Shown piece after piece: positions 47,612 through 56,962 of a DNA stretch of 64,000 nucleotides (position 1 is its first letter; each line of letters starts with the position of its first letter). The stretch covers positions 42,875 to 106,874 of IMG/VR virus record IMGVR_UViG_3300017991_000064; one strand, written 5' to 3'. The stretch comes from a virus. The notes under the pieces were generated by a model. It did not search any database and had not been told where the DNA came from. It saw only the letters and a list, made by a program, of their open reading frames with translations. A program made the translations under genes and the position numbers.

Positions 47612-48319
47612 CTACGCCGGCATCACAAATGGCCGAAGTCTCTCTTTCAATTGGAGCTCCAACTCTTCTTTCTCTTTGTTACCATCATCTACCATCTCCG
47701 CACCATCAATCTCAATTTCTACAGCTCTACTCTTTCTGAGTATAGACCCCTCGGCAATCTTGGCCAGAGCAATTGAGTACTTTCTAATCCACTCTTCAGG
47801 AAATCCGGTGTATTCAAAATCGTCATCAGTTTTGTCAAAGAAAAACTTATACTTAATGGTACAGTAGGGAGCTCCCCAGTTGGGACTCAGCATTAAGAGA
47901 CTCTGTTGTCCCCCTGGAGCACCATGTTTCAAGAATCTCCATCCTTCGCTAGGTTGAAATAGATACTGAATCATTGACCAATGGGTTCTAATGGCAATGA
48001 GTTCTAGGAGTGAGACATTGTTAGCATAAGGACCCCCATAACGACGTAGATACATATTCCATAGGTCATTCATATTCTGATCAAGTGCAGCATTGGTTTC
48101 GTTAGCGTAGACTTGCATCACGTCATCCACATGGGCACCTATGGTCAGAATATTACCAGAGACGGTTAAGGTCTCATAAGTGTAAAAGTAGTAATGACTA
48201 TTGAAATACTGTATTGCTTCTCTTACCTTAGTAACCATTTTTGGATCCTGAGAGATAAGAGGTATTGGTTCAAACTCATCTTTTATAGCTTGAACGAAGT
48301 CAGCGATCTTTGATGCCAT
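47612..48319 (-). CDS. neck / head-tail adaptor protein (gp13-like)
   Basis: WIRKYSIALAK..EG.I..K...IDG..MV.DG..E.E.LE pattern; downstream of the MCP. Confidence 0.65.
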   Translation of the reverse strand: MASKIADFVQAIKDEFEPIPLISQDPKMVTKVREAIQYFNSHYYFYTYETLTVSGNILTIGAHVDDVMQVYANETNAALDQNMNDLWNMYLRRYGGPYANNVSLLELIAIRTHWSMIQYLFQPSEGWRFLKHGAPGGQQSLLMLSPNWGAPYCTIKYKFFFDKTDDDFEYTGFPEEWIRKYSIALAKIAEGSILRKSRAVEIEIDGAEMVDDGNKEKEELELQLKERLRPFVMPA

Positions 48320-48365
48320 TGTCTCACTCCTAGATTAAATATGCAAAAAGCTTTTCAACCACCGA

Positions 48366-49055
48366 TTACTTCATATCCTGGTAGTCAACGATGCGGGTAG
48401 CCAGGTCCATCTTGGTTCCATCTGTATCAAGTTTGAACTTCTTACACATGGACTGAAGTTGAGCAAGCTTGTTTTCCTTCATGAGTTGATGAATTCTCTC
48501 TTCGCGATCTTCCTCTTCATCTTCACCCTCTTCTGGGGCCTCTTCCTCTTCATCGTCACCTTCCTCATCTACCTCTTCGTCGTCATCCTCGGTTTCCTCA
48601 TCTACCTCTTCATCGTCATCCTTTTCAACTTCAGGAACCTCTTCCTCCTCTTCAATCTCGTTATCTTCATCATCCAGTTTAAGGATTTCGACGAAGAGTC
48701 CCTGCTGAGAGTAGAATTTCACTGAGATAGCATTGATGAGTTCTAGAACATCACCGGGGTTGAGATGATATTCATTGTGATCCTCAGTAATCACCAACAT
48801 CTCGTACTTGTTCCTGTTAGTGAGTTTTAGATTCTTCTTCAGAGCGTATTCTGAACAAGCAAGCTTGTTTTTGTAAAGATTCTGAAAACCTTCAACATGA
48901 CCTTCTGGAAGGGTGATGAGCTTCGAGCGTCTTGGGAGAAGCGTAAAGCTTAGGCCATTAAAATTCACATTCACTGAAACTTTTGTTACGTTTGTCACCT
49001 TCAGGTGTTTCTTATCCCTGAGTTTGAATTTGCTTATTGTATGTCTCTTTACCAT
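48366..49055 (-). CDS. acidic-linker protein with a C-terminal SAP/HeH DNA-binding domain
   Basis: Long D/E tract followed by KLAQLQSMCKKFKLDTDGTKMDLATRI (SAP consensus). Confidence 0.65.
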   Translation of the reverse strand: MVKRHTISKFKLRDKKHLKVTNVTKVSVNVNFNGLSFTLLPRRSKLITLPEGHVEGFQNLYKNKLACSEYALKKNLKLTNRNKYEMLVITEDHNEYHLNPGDVLELINAISVKFYSQQGLFVEILKLDDEDNEIEEEEEVPEVEKDDDEEVDEETEDDDEEVDEEGDDEEEEAPEEGEDEEEDREERIHQLMKENKLAQLQSMCKKFKLDTDGTKMDLATRIVDYQDMK

Positions 49056-49087
49056 TGAGATTTGCCTCCTTGGAAAAACATTGAGTG

Positions 49088-49120
49088 AAAATAGGGCCCC
49101 ATCAATGAAGACAGGGCCCC
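49088..49120 (-). terminator. terminator after the major capsid gene
   Basis: Minus strand GGGGCCCTGTC-TTCATT-GATGGGGCCCT followed by ATTTTC. Confidence 0.6.
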
Positions 49121-49145
49121 ATGTACAGTTAGACTATATTACCGA

Positions 49146-50594
49146 TCAGGAATCGATAATCTTCCCCTTCACGAAAGCATTCGACCTAACCATGTGCTGG
49201 CCAAAGGCGGTTCCCATACCCTTCCTTGCCTTGAAGAAATCTTTGTAATCGATTTCAGTGGTGTAGAAAGGAATGTACGGAGCATAGATGAAATTCGCTT
49301 CGAGATAGTTCTCACCCTTTGCACCCATGACGAACTCATCATTCGGATAGTCCGGATTGAAGACGATCGTGTAATCCTGGTAAACACCAGAGATGTACGA
49401 ACCAGTGGGCCTTTTGGAACCCTTCGGAATCTTGGATTCGAAGTCATCCAGCGAGCGAATGATTGTATGAGCTCTCTTACCAGCCATGATGTAGTTACCA
49501 CCGGTCAGCCTGGTGTTCTTGGCAATGGTATCACTCATATCATTGAGAGTATACTTGATATCCTCAAAGTGTTCGTGCTTGCTGATACCGGTGGGTACTT
49601 CTGTGTAGAAGTTCTTCAGTCCACCGGCTGCCTGCTTACGAACCTTATCCATGAGAAGAGTATCCAGAGCCCTACGTACAATACCAGCCTGGGACTGCAT
49701 CAGAGTATTTTCAGCCGACTTACCGTGAGCTAGCTGAAGATCATAAGCAGCATCCAGCAACCAGCTTGCGCCGAGGTGGATAGTAATCGCCTGAACGATC
49801 TCGTCCCTGATGTCCAGCTTGACCTCCGGAGTCTTTTCCGGGTAGTTTTCCATATGGAATTCATAGTCAGCCAGGACCGGATTACCACCAGGAATAGCAG
49901 CACTGAAGGTAGCAGTCCAGATACCAGTGTCATAGGCAATAGTACCTGTACCATTACCAGTTAGAACACCAGCACCATTGTCAGTCAGGGTCAGTGTGTT
50001 ACCACCAGCGTCTTCAGCAGTGATAACGAGTGTTGAAGTAAATAGATCCGGAAATGCCAGCGTTCCACCATATCCAGTACCACCATCACCGGTATCGACC
50101 TGCTCATTATCAATGAGCTGTGTCGGATAGGTGTAGTCTCCGTTGTAACCGCTTTCTGGGGTTGCCAGCTTATCACCAGCAGATACACCGCCCTTATCGG
50201 TCTCAGCCAGAATGTCCAGATAGAAGATCTGAGCCTTCCTTCTTTCCATCGGCTGGACAGAGAATAGTTCTTCCGCCAGGAGGTTCGGGATAATAGCAGC
50301 AATCAGATCGAATGCCCAGTTTGCAAACTTGATGTTTGCAGAGGTTGTGGCCTCAGCAATAGGGCTTCCCATCATTTTTCTGTACAGCTGCCTCTCCAAA
50401 GCGTACCTGAAGTTCTCCATACAGTAAGCCATTGTTGCAATGGTGTTATCCTCGAGATCCCTCCCGTGCTTGGAAAAAACTTCAGCAACCGGTTCGATAT
50501 GGCGAGCGTATGCAGACTCAGCCAGACGAACACCCTGGGTAATAACGCCCCGGGCTTCCTGGATTCTTGCCATGTCTCTCTTACTTTTAGGCAT
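49146..50594 (-). CDS. major capsid protein (T4 gp23-like, HK97 fold)
   Basis: IPNLLAEELFSVQPM..RKAQIFYL, A.W..DAAYDL..AHG..AE and YAPYIP motifs; probable maturation site IAE/ATT. Confidence 0.93.
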   Translation of the reverse strand: MPKSKRDMARIQEARGVITQGVRLAESAYARHIEPVAEVFSKHGRDLEDNTIATMAYCMENFRYALERQLYRKMMGSPIAEATTSANIKFANWAFDLIAAIIPNLLAEELFSVQPMERRKAQIFYLDILAETDKGGVSAGDKLATPESGYNGDYTYPTQLIDNEQVDTGDGGTGYGGTLAFPDLFTSTLVITAEDAGGNTLTLTDNGAGVLTGNGTGTIAYDTGIWTATFSAAIPGGNPVLADYEFHMENYPEKTPEVKLDIRDEIVQAITIHLGASWLLDAAYDLQLAHGKSAENTLMQSQAGIVRRALDTLLMDKVRKQAAGGLKNFYTEVPTGISKHEHFEDIKYTLNDMSDTIAKNTRLTGGNYIMAGKRAHTIIRSLDDFESKIPKGSKRPTGSYISGVYQDYTIVFNPDYPNDEFVMGAKGENYLEANFIYAPYIPFYTTEIDYKDFFKARKGMGTAFGQHMVRSNAFVKGKIIDS

Positions 50595-50631
50595 GTTCTA
50601 ACTCCTCCTTCTGTTGATTGTAGATTGTTTT

Positions 50632-50646
50632 TAGAGTTATCCAATG
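50632..50646 (-). promoter_or_regulatory. candidate late promoter/regulatory 15-mer upstream of the capsid gene
   Basis: CATTGGATAACTCTA, with two further ATTGGA(T/A)AC-like half copies just upstream. Confidence 0.5.
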
Positions 50647-50710
50647 TTTCCAATGTAATTGAAAGTACCCCACCAGGTTACGTATCCAATTGTATATTTA
50701 ATGCATATGC

Positions 50711-51088
50711 TTAAAGCCTTCTATAGCTCCTCCTTTCATTACTTTCTTCATTTTCTGTATCTTCAATTTCTTCATCATCGCCTTCCACCTCATCAGTATC
50801 CAGCTCCTCTACTCCTTCTGGAGTTTCAGGTTCTAAGAGAGAATCCTTGATGTCATCGAGTTTGTCTGAAATGATATCAATAAATTCTTTCTCCGTGGGA
50901 TCAACTGTATCAGCTACCCCGGCTACCCAATCTCTTAGGAGATCCAAGAAATCTGGTCCTGTGATCTGAAGACCCTTGAGATGCTCCACTGCAGCTTCTA
51001 GGTCCTCAGCCGAAGCATCCTCTAAACCTACCTCTTCTGGTAACCCAAGAAGACCGTAGACTAATTCAGAAAGTTGTAGATTAACCAT
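50711..51088 (-). CDS. acidic prohead core/scaffold-like protein
   Basis: Highly acidic 125 aa protein between the protease and MCP genes. Confidence 0.45.
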   Translation of the reverse strand: MVNLQLSELVYGLLGLPEEVGLEDASAEDLEAAVEHLKGLQITGPDFLDLLRDWVAGVADTVDPTEKEFIDIISDKLDDIKDSLLEPETPEGVEELDTDEVEGDDEEIEDTENEESNERRSYRRL

Positions 51089-51101
51089 CTATCATTCCCC
51101 C

Positions 51102-54100
51102 TTAGGCTCTTTTATTCTTTATCAGTTTTCCAGCCAGTCTCCCAGATTCTCCTTCATCCCTTTCTGTAAGACTCTGTTGAAGATCACCAAGAACTCTAAA
51201 CTCAGATACTGTGAAGTCCTTATCCGTTAAATCCTCAAAACCTCTGAGTTCATTGAGTTTCATTGTATGTCCTTTAGCACCCTTGTAGATTTGGAGATCC
51301 GTATTCTCTTTCACTCTTTTGCTTCTTCGTTTAAGATTCTGTTTGGTCTCCTTCAAGGTCTTCTTCCGTTTTTGTTCACGAAGCTTGAGTCTCTGTTCAA
51401 AATCTCCTAGCTTACGAAGTCTGGTTCTCATCTCCCCAATTGTTAGAGAACCCCCATTGATTCTTGCTACCTCTTTTTCCATAGCTGTGGCTCTGGAAGA
51501 ATCTACTTTCACGATTCTCGTAGCTGTCTCAATGATTCTCTTTCTGTATGATCGTTTCTTTGACTCTTCCATCTTCTTTGATTTCTCCTTCTTGTCTTTG
51601 TCAGATTCTGGTTCTTTCTCTTTTTTCTGTTTCTTCTTAGGCGGAGGCTCTTCCTCAACTTCCTCATCCTTCTTCTTATCAGTGGCCTCATTAGCATTAT
51701 TAGTAATATCAGCACGAGCCGTTTCTGGTTCAGCCTCAGGTGGTACCTTCAGGTCGGGTTCAACCGGTGTTGAAGGAATCTCAGAACCCTCTGGCGCTAC
51801 AATCATTATCACCGTTTTATCATCAGCTGGCATTACAGATGATGCAGGAGCTAGCTGTGTTTGATAACCGGGGAGTTCTGTGGCAACAGCGGTAGGGAGA
51901 ACCTCAACAGGTTTCAATTCGTTTTCATCAACCTCATCATCTGGTACCGCTATAATTGCACAGGCATCGTTTTCCATCATTGCAGATGTAATGATCCTAT
52001 ACCCGTTCTTACGGAATGCTGATTCCAACATATCCTTGGATTCTGAGAATAATGATCTCTGTGATGTACTACCTAGTACTAGGTTCACATCTTTTTTAAG
52101 GAACCAGGTATTAAATAATACTAATCCCACCGCCCCATCAACATTATAAGTCTCATTCATTAAGAGGGTAACTACCGGCACCTTTTCCCCAGAGTCAAGC
52201 CTGGGCTGGATTGAAGGAATCTTTTTCTGCATCTCTTTAGCAATAGGAGGAAAACCAACCATAGCATAATCGTAAGATGATACTCTACCTGTAGACTCCT
52301 CTACGAGTTCAAGGAGGTCAGAGTATTCTTTCTGCAGATAAGCATGTATCTGAGCCCCCAGAGATTTTACATCCGGGTCGGTTGTTATCTCATAGGTCCA
52401 TTTCTCCCTGGCGTACTTAGTTGGTTTCAAACTGAACTTTGATGAAACATCTTTGAACATCTCATCCAATTTTAGAAGATATTGTTTTAGATCATCACCT
52501 GGTAGATCATCCTCATGAACTTTCTTCTTCGGGAGTTGATCATTGGTATAGGCAATGTCGGCTGATGTGGTGGCCTCGTCCGTATGGGTTTCCTCATCCT
52601 GCTCCTCAATACTATCACCAAAGAAATTACCAACCTCTTTCTCATCATCCATACCGTAATCCTCAATCCAGTCAACTACGGTATCCTGCGTATCTTTCAT
52701 CACCTTCTCTTCCTGTCTTTCAATTGCTTGTTCATCCTGAAAGACCATAGCATCAGGATACTCTGGAGACCAACCTGATCCTGTCCAGAACTCATCATTG
52801 TCCTTACGAACCAGGACAATTTCGCGGGCCTCCGGTATTTTCTTTTTATTCTCTAGGATCACGGTTCCAACCTCCCCCACTAATTCGTGGAACTTTAGAA
52901 GATAGCTCTCCTTCACCTCGAAGTCCTTTAGCATCTCTTTTATAGAGTTCCATACCTTATTTGAAATTCTAGTAGTTCCTCTTTCATCAACAGACTCCTC
53001 CATCATCTTCTTCACAAACTCACTGACAGATTCGTCAATCTTCTTCTTTTGAGCATCAGTGGGAGTAATGTTCTGTTCCCTCAAAACTGAATTAACCATC
53101 GTTCCCATAAGAGAACTGGTTCGATCAGACTTACCCTCTCGAATTGCACGAGTGATATCCCAGAAGAAAGAATCCTCCACCGATGCACTCTCCCCCACCT
53201 TCTTTGAAAGGAGTTGTACCATCTTGAATGGGGACTGATTGGTTTCCTTCTGATCATTAATTTCCAGGATACAATCTTTGCCCTTCATCCTAATCAAACC
53301 ACGAGGAGATGTTTCTTCATTCACATACACCTGGAATGTATCTTTCGTGGTTTCATTCAAAGGACGAAAGTGAAGTTTCTGATTGATTTCCTTGGCCTCA
53401 TCCATCATATCAGAAAAGATCTCGTGCAGGAATCCATTCCGCTTATCAACCTTCACAGCATTCTTATTATTCAACTCAAACAAGGGAACTCCACTGAAAC
53501 CATGATTGCTTTCTATCCTTTCCATGATCTCTGTAACTTCTGGTGTGGCCTTCTTAAATGAGGGATCGATTACAACATCCCAGGTCAAACATTTGTAGGC
53601 CTCTGGGGTAACTCGACCATCAGATTCAACATCCCCACAACCTCTGGCAGAAACTCCTACCGGAACACCGAGTTGGAGAAGAGCATGAATATCATAACCA
53701 TCTCTTGTCTTCGGGATAAGAAGTTCACCAAGGATCTGCTCCTGTACTCTATCAAAATCAAGATTAGTGATAACCCCACCAACGTGACGAATGGAGGTAT
53801 TAAGGTCCTCTTCAGGATGATCCGCTTGTGCCAGTAGACCTCTAACGGGGAGTCTCTCTAGGATATCGGGATCATTCTTGATATCTTCCTTTATCTGCAT
53901 AGGATACCACCGATCATTCTGGTTCCTATTCTTCTCTTCAAATTCCATAAAGATACCTTCCATTTTTGCAAGGTAAGGTTTATCCCAATTCTGGACATTG
54001 TGATCCGCCGACTCAACAATCCTAAACTTATGAAACTGAGATAGCTCTTCTTTGATGCCTAGCATCTTTTTCGTCAAACCCACAACGAAGGCCCAGAAGT

Positions 54101-54227
54101 TATCTATCTTCGTCCCTTCCTTCTCTTTCTCCTTTGCAACCTCTTTTGCCTTATCCCAGGTATCCTCCGCTTTGGCTAAGGTTACCCCTGCATCCTTTGC
54201 AAGTGATTTCAGAACAGCTGCCGGCAT
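51102..54227 (-). CDS. prohead maturation protease (T4 gp21-like) fused to an N-terminal ChaB-like helical domain and a long scaffold-like C-terminus
   Basis: GIF....KNRN..R.YP, DHP (His), GVSARG.G (Ser) and WDVV.DPS (Asp) within about aa 85-230 of 1041 aa. Confidence 0.85.
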   Translation of the reverse strand: MPAAVLKSLAKDAGVTLAKAEDTWDKAKEVAKEKEKEGTKIDNFWAFVVGLTKKMLGIKEELSQFHKFRIVESADHNVQNWDKPYLAKMEGIFMEFEEKNRNQNDRWYPMQIKEDIKNDPDILERLPVRGLLAQADHPEEDLNTSIRHVGGVITNLDFDRVQEQILGELLIPKTRDGYDIHALLQLGVPVGVSARGCGDVESDGRVTPEAYKCLTWDVVIDPSFKKATPEVTEIMERIESNHGFSGVPLFELNNKNAVKVDKRNGFLHEIFSDMMDEAKEINQKLHFRPLNETTKDTFQVYVNEETSPRGLIRMKGKDCILEINDQKETNQSPFKMVQLLSKKVGESASVEDSFFWDITRAIREGKSDRTSSLMGTMVNSVLREQNITPTDAQKKKIDESVSEFVKKMMEESVDERGTTRISNKVWNSIKEMLKDFEVKESYLLKFHELVGEVGTVILENKKKIPEAREIVLVRKDNDEFWTGSGWSPEYPDAMVFQDEQAIERQEEKVMKDTQDTVVDWIEDYGMDDEKEVGNFFGDSIEEQDEETHTDEATTSADIAYTNDQLPKKKVHEDDLPGDDLKQYLLKLDEMFKDVSSKFSLKPTKYAREKWTYEITTDPDVKSLGAQIHAYLQKEYSDLLELVEESTGRVSSYDYAMVGFPPIAKEMQKKIPSIQPRLDSGEKVPVVTLLMNETYNVDGAVGLVLFNTWFLKKDVNLVLGSTSQRSLFSESKDMLESAFRKNGYRIITSAMMENDACAIIAVPDDEVDENELKPVEVLPTAVATELPGYQTQLAPASSVMPADDKTVIMIVAPEGSEIPSTPVEPDLKVPPEAEPETARADITNNANEATDKKKDEEVEEEPPPKKKQKKEKEPESDKDKKEKSKKMEESKKRSYRKRIIETATRIVKVDSSRATAMEKEVARINGGSLTIGEMRTRLRKLGDFEQRLKLREQKRKKTLKETKQNLKRRSKRVKENTDLQIYKGAKGHTMKLNELRGFEDLTDKDFTVSEFRVLGDLQQSLTERDEGESGRLAGKLIKNKRA

Positions 54228-54239
54228 CTTTCCTCCTTA

Positions 54240-56951
54240 TTATTTACAAAAAATTGAATCTGCAATGCTACCAGAATTTTGGATGATGGAATCATTTGAT
54301 GTTCTTCGTCTAGAGTGAGTTCCAGCACCATTCATCCCTCTCTTCTCTGTTATAAAATCAACACGATTGTGTCGTAATCTCCTTGATCTTTTCCTAAGGT
54401 TCTCTTTCAATGAGGATCCCAACTTAACCTTCTTAATCACCATATTAAACTCTTTTATTTCTAACATATCCCCAATCTTCTCTAACCAAGAAACCATAGG
54501 CTCCATATCGATATATTTATTAACCCAATCCCACTTCCCAAATTTAAGGTCCCTATAAACTTTCCTTAGAACAGCATCATCATTCTCGTTGTAAAGAGCA
54601 TCAGATTCATCAAAATACCACGTACCTTTACGATAGATTGCTGTTCCAGAAATTAAAGTGGGATCTTCGTAATCATCATATGGTAAACCATCTTCTTCTG
54701 CAATACTACCCCAAATGTCCCTATGGAGTATATATGCCGGAAATACATATAAATTCTTTTTATTCCCATCAGCAACGAACCTTAGATACACGTCCTTTTG
54801 TAGCTTATATCCCCCAGCCTCAAACATTTCTTTTTTCGTAGGATTCTTAAATACCTCTGTATACCTACCTGTAACATCCCCCCCAAATGCAAATTCCTCA
54901 TGTACCCCTACCCGTAATGACTCTGAAGTAGTACTTGTATCATATACTCCCATTTTACTCCAAAAATCATTAAGAGAGTGATAGCCACTTCTCAGTAGGT
55001 AAGCCTCTAGACTATCCTCTTCCTTAGACGAGAGGGCATTGGGATTTAGTCCAATAGCTTCCTCAACTTTCTCTTCTATCTGATTTAGAAAATCCTCATA
55101 TTCCTTCGTAGCAAAATTATACGGATTATCTAAAAAGTCTTTCGGTAATCCGAAATCCTCAGGATTCATATCCTCATTACTCAGGAGAAAGTGTATTATG
55201 CTTACGGTCCTCCGTCGTATCACTTCCTCCTCTTTCTTAGTTTGATCTTCAGCTTTTCTTCGCCTCTCAATAAACTCTTTATGCATCAGATCCCTAATAT
55301 CCTCTGGGGGTCTATTAAACTCTGGGACCACTAACCCAAGAGGGGGGGATCTAACCTCATCATGCATGAGTTCGTCCTCAAACATTTCTGTAATGGCTAC
55401 CCCGTATTTGTCTGATATCCAATGCCAGTCGGTCTGAAGAAGTTTATTTAAGTGGCTTATCGGCCATTCAGCCTCCCACCCTACACCGGGCATCACCATT
55501 CTTTGGTTACTAAATTCAGACCTCCCCGGAATAATAATAAGAGCAATATGCTTAGGACTTGTTGGCTTGTATAGTATATCAAGATCCTTCTCGCTAATAT
55601 ACCCCTCCTCCTCAGCTACATGAGGCCAAACATCAGTATGGTTAGCAAGATCGCTATTGAAGATATAAAGATCTTTCTTACCACCCTTATTCCTAGCAAT
55701 CATCTTAGCCTCCCCATATTTGGCCGACTTGATGACATCCAGAAACTCTTTGCTTGAAGGGTTTTTGAAAACCTCCACAGTTTGATCCTTACCGCTAAAA
55801 TGGTGATTAAAACTAATTAGCCATTTCTCATTTAGTTTCTGTTCAGTAACCTGATCCATAACATTCGTTTTATGTTTAGGTTCTTTCCGTTTAGGTTGTC
55901 GGAACATAACTGTTGAACTCCCACTAGTTGTTGTTCTAGGTTTCTCTGATCTCGCTACAACGATACCATCCTTTCTAACAACAATAGAACCCAACCTATT
56001 GCTCTCAGGATGCAGATTAAAGTCTATCTCATAGTCATCACCTAATTGGAGATAACCGAAATTCTCTTTCTTAAATAGACTCCTTAATGTTTCAACGTCT
56101 TTTCTACGTGTTGCTGAAATGATCTGTTTTTGAATCTGTTCATCCTTCGGTTTTAGAAAAACCGTATCAGCAATACCCTTCTTATCAAACTCATACTGAA
56201 CAATCTTTCTAGCTTTGTCGTCATCCCATTCATCCATATCAAGATCAAACCAGGGAAGATCCTTTCCAAGAATAACAGAACTGAATAGGAACTTAGCGGG
56301 AGCAATCTTAATGTTCACATCCACTCCGTTATCCAGTAGATCAGACCAGGCATCCCCTATGGTTCTGAAATCCCAAACTGCTCCGGTTTTCTCATTCATA
56401 TCATAGTCTAGACCTACAAGATCAAAACCTCGAAGTAACCATTTCTCAAAATCTTTTCCCTTACGACCCGGATCAGCAAGTTCATTCATTTCCTGCTCAA
56501 TCACTAAATGATCATCGATAAACGCCCTTAGGTCCACGTAGAGTTGTAACCAATTCCACTCACCATCCAGATAAGGTTCCATCATCTTTGCTAACTCATC
56601 GTGGTCATCAAGAAGATCTCGCCAATTACTTATTTCAACAACCTTCCAGTGTCTAAGATTGGTTGGTTTAGCGATACCAGTAATCATCACTGCTGGATTA
56701 TAGAAAGTATCATCAAAATTCCGACCTTCCTCCTTACAGATAATTTTCCACATCTCGTTGTGAATCATATCAGTGGTAGCAATGAATACCTGCTTTGTGG
56801 GAAGATAAGCAATGAACCTTAGGCCCTCTTCTGTGGTCTTATAGGCCTCCATCCTCTCTTTATTATTAGGATTCACAAAGATCTCAGCGTATGGTCTAGT
56901 ACCCTGAGCCTCTACTCCTTGATAAAATTCCTCATTCAATTTTAATTTCAT
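54240..56951 (-). CDS. 903 aa multidomain probable internal head protein with three 'EVFKNP' repeats
   Basis: E(I/V)F(V/K)NP..KE...(R/K)(F/M)(I/V)A...(L/V)(Y/F).(F/A)....H..(M/V/I)W..(I/V)..E(E/D)G occurs three times, each preceded by a (L/V)xE(E/K) site. Confidence 0.6.
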   Translation of the reverse strand: MKLKLNEEFYQGVEAQGTRPYAEIFVNPNNKERMEAYKTTEEGLRFIAYLPTKQVFIATTDMIHNEMWKIICKEEGRNFDDTFYNPAVMITGIAKPTNLRHWKVVEISNWRDLLDDHDELAKMMEPYLDGEWNWLQLYVDLRAFIDDHLVIEQEMNELADPGRKGKDFEKWLLRGFDLVGLDYDMNEKTGAVWDFRTIGDAWSDLLDNGVDVNIKIAPAKFLFSSVILGKDLPWFDLDMDEWDDDKARKIVQYEFDKKGIADTVFLKPKDEQIQKQIISATRRKDVETLRSLFKKENFGYLQLGDDYEIDFNLHPESNRLGSIVVRKDGIVVARSEKPRTTTSGSSTVMFRQPKRKEPKHKTNVMDQVTEQKLNEKWLISFNHHFSGKDQTVEVFKNPSSKEFLDVIKSAKYGEAKMIARNKGGKKDLYIFNSDLANHTDVWPHVAEEEGYISEKDLDILYKPTSPKHIALIIIPGRSEFSNQRMVMPGVGWEAEWPISHLNKLLQTDWHWISDKYGVAITEMFEDELMHDEVRSPPLGLVVPEFNRPPEDIRDLMHKEFIERRRKAEDQTKKEEEVIRRRTVSIIHFLLSNEDMNPEDFGLPKDFLDNPYNFATKEYEDFLNQIEEKVEEAIGLNPNALSSKEEDSLEAYLLRSGYHSLNDFWSKMGVYDTSTTSESLRVGVHEEFAFGGDVTGRYTEVFKNPTKKEMFEAGGYKLQKDVYLRFVADGNKKNLYVFPAYILHRDIWGSIAEEDGLPYDDYEDPTLISGTAIYRKGTWYFDESDALYNENDDAVLRKVYRDLKFGKWDWVNKYIDMEPMVSWLEKIGDMLEIKEFNMVIKKVKLGSSLKENLRKRSRRLRHNRVDFITEKRGMNGAGTHSRRRTSNDSIIQNSGSIADSIFCK

Positions 56952-56962
56952 TTTATTCCCCT

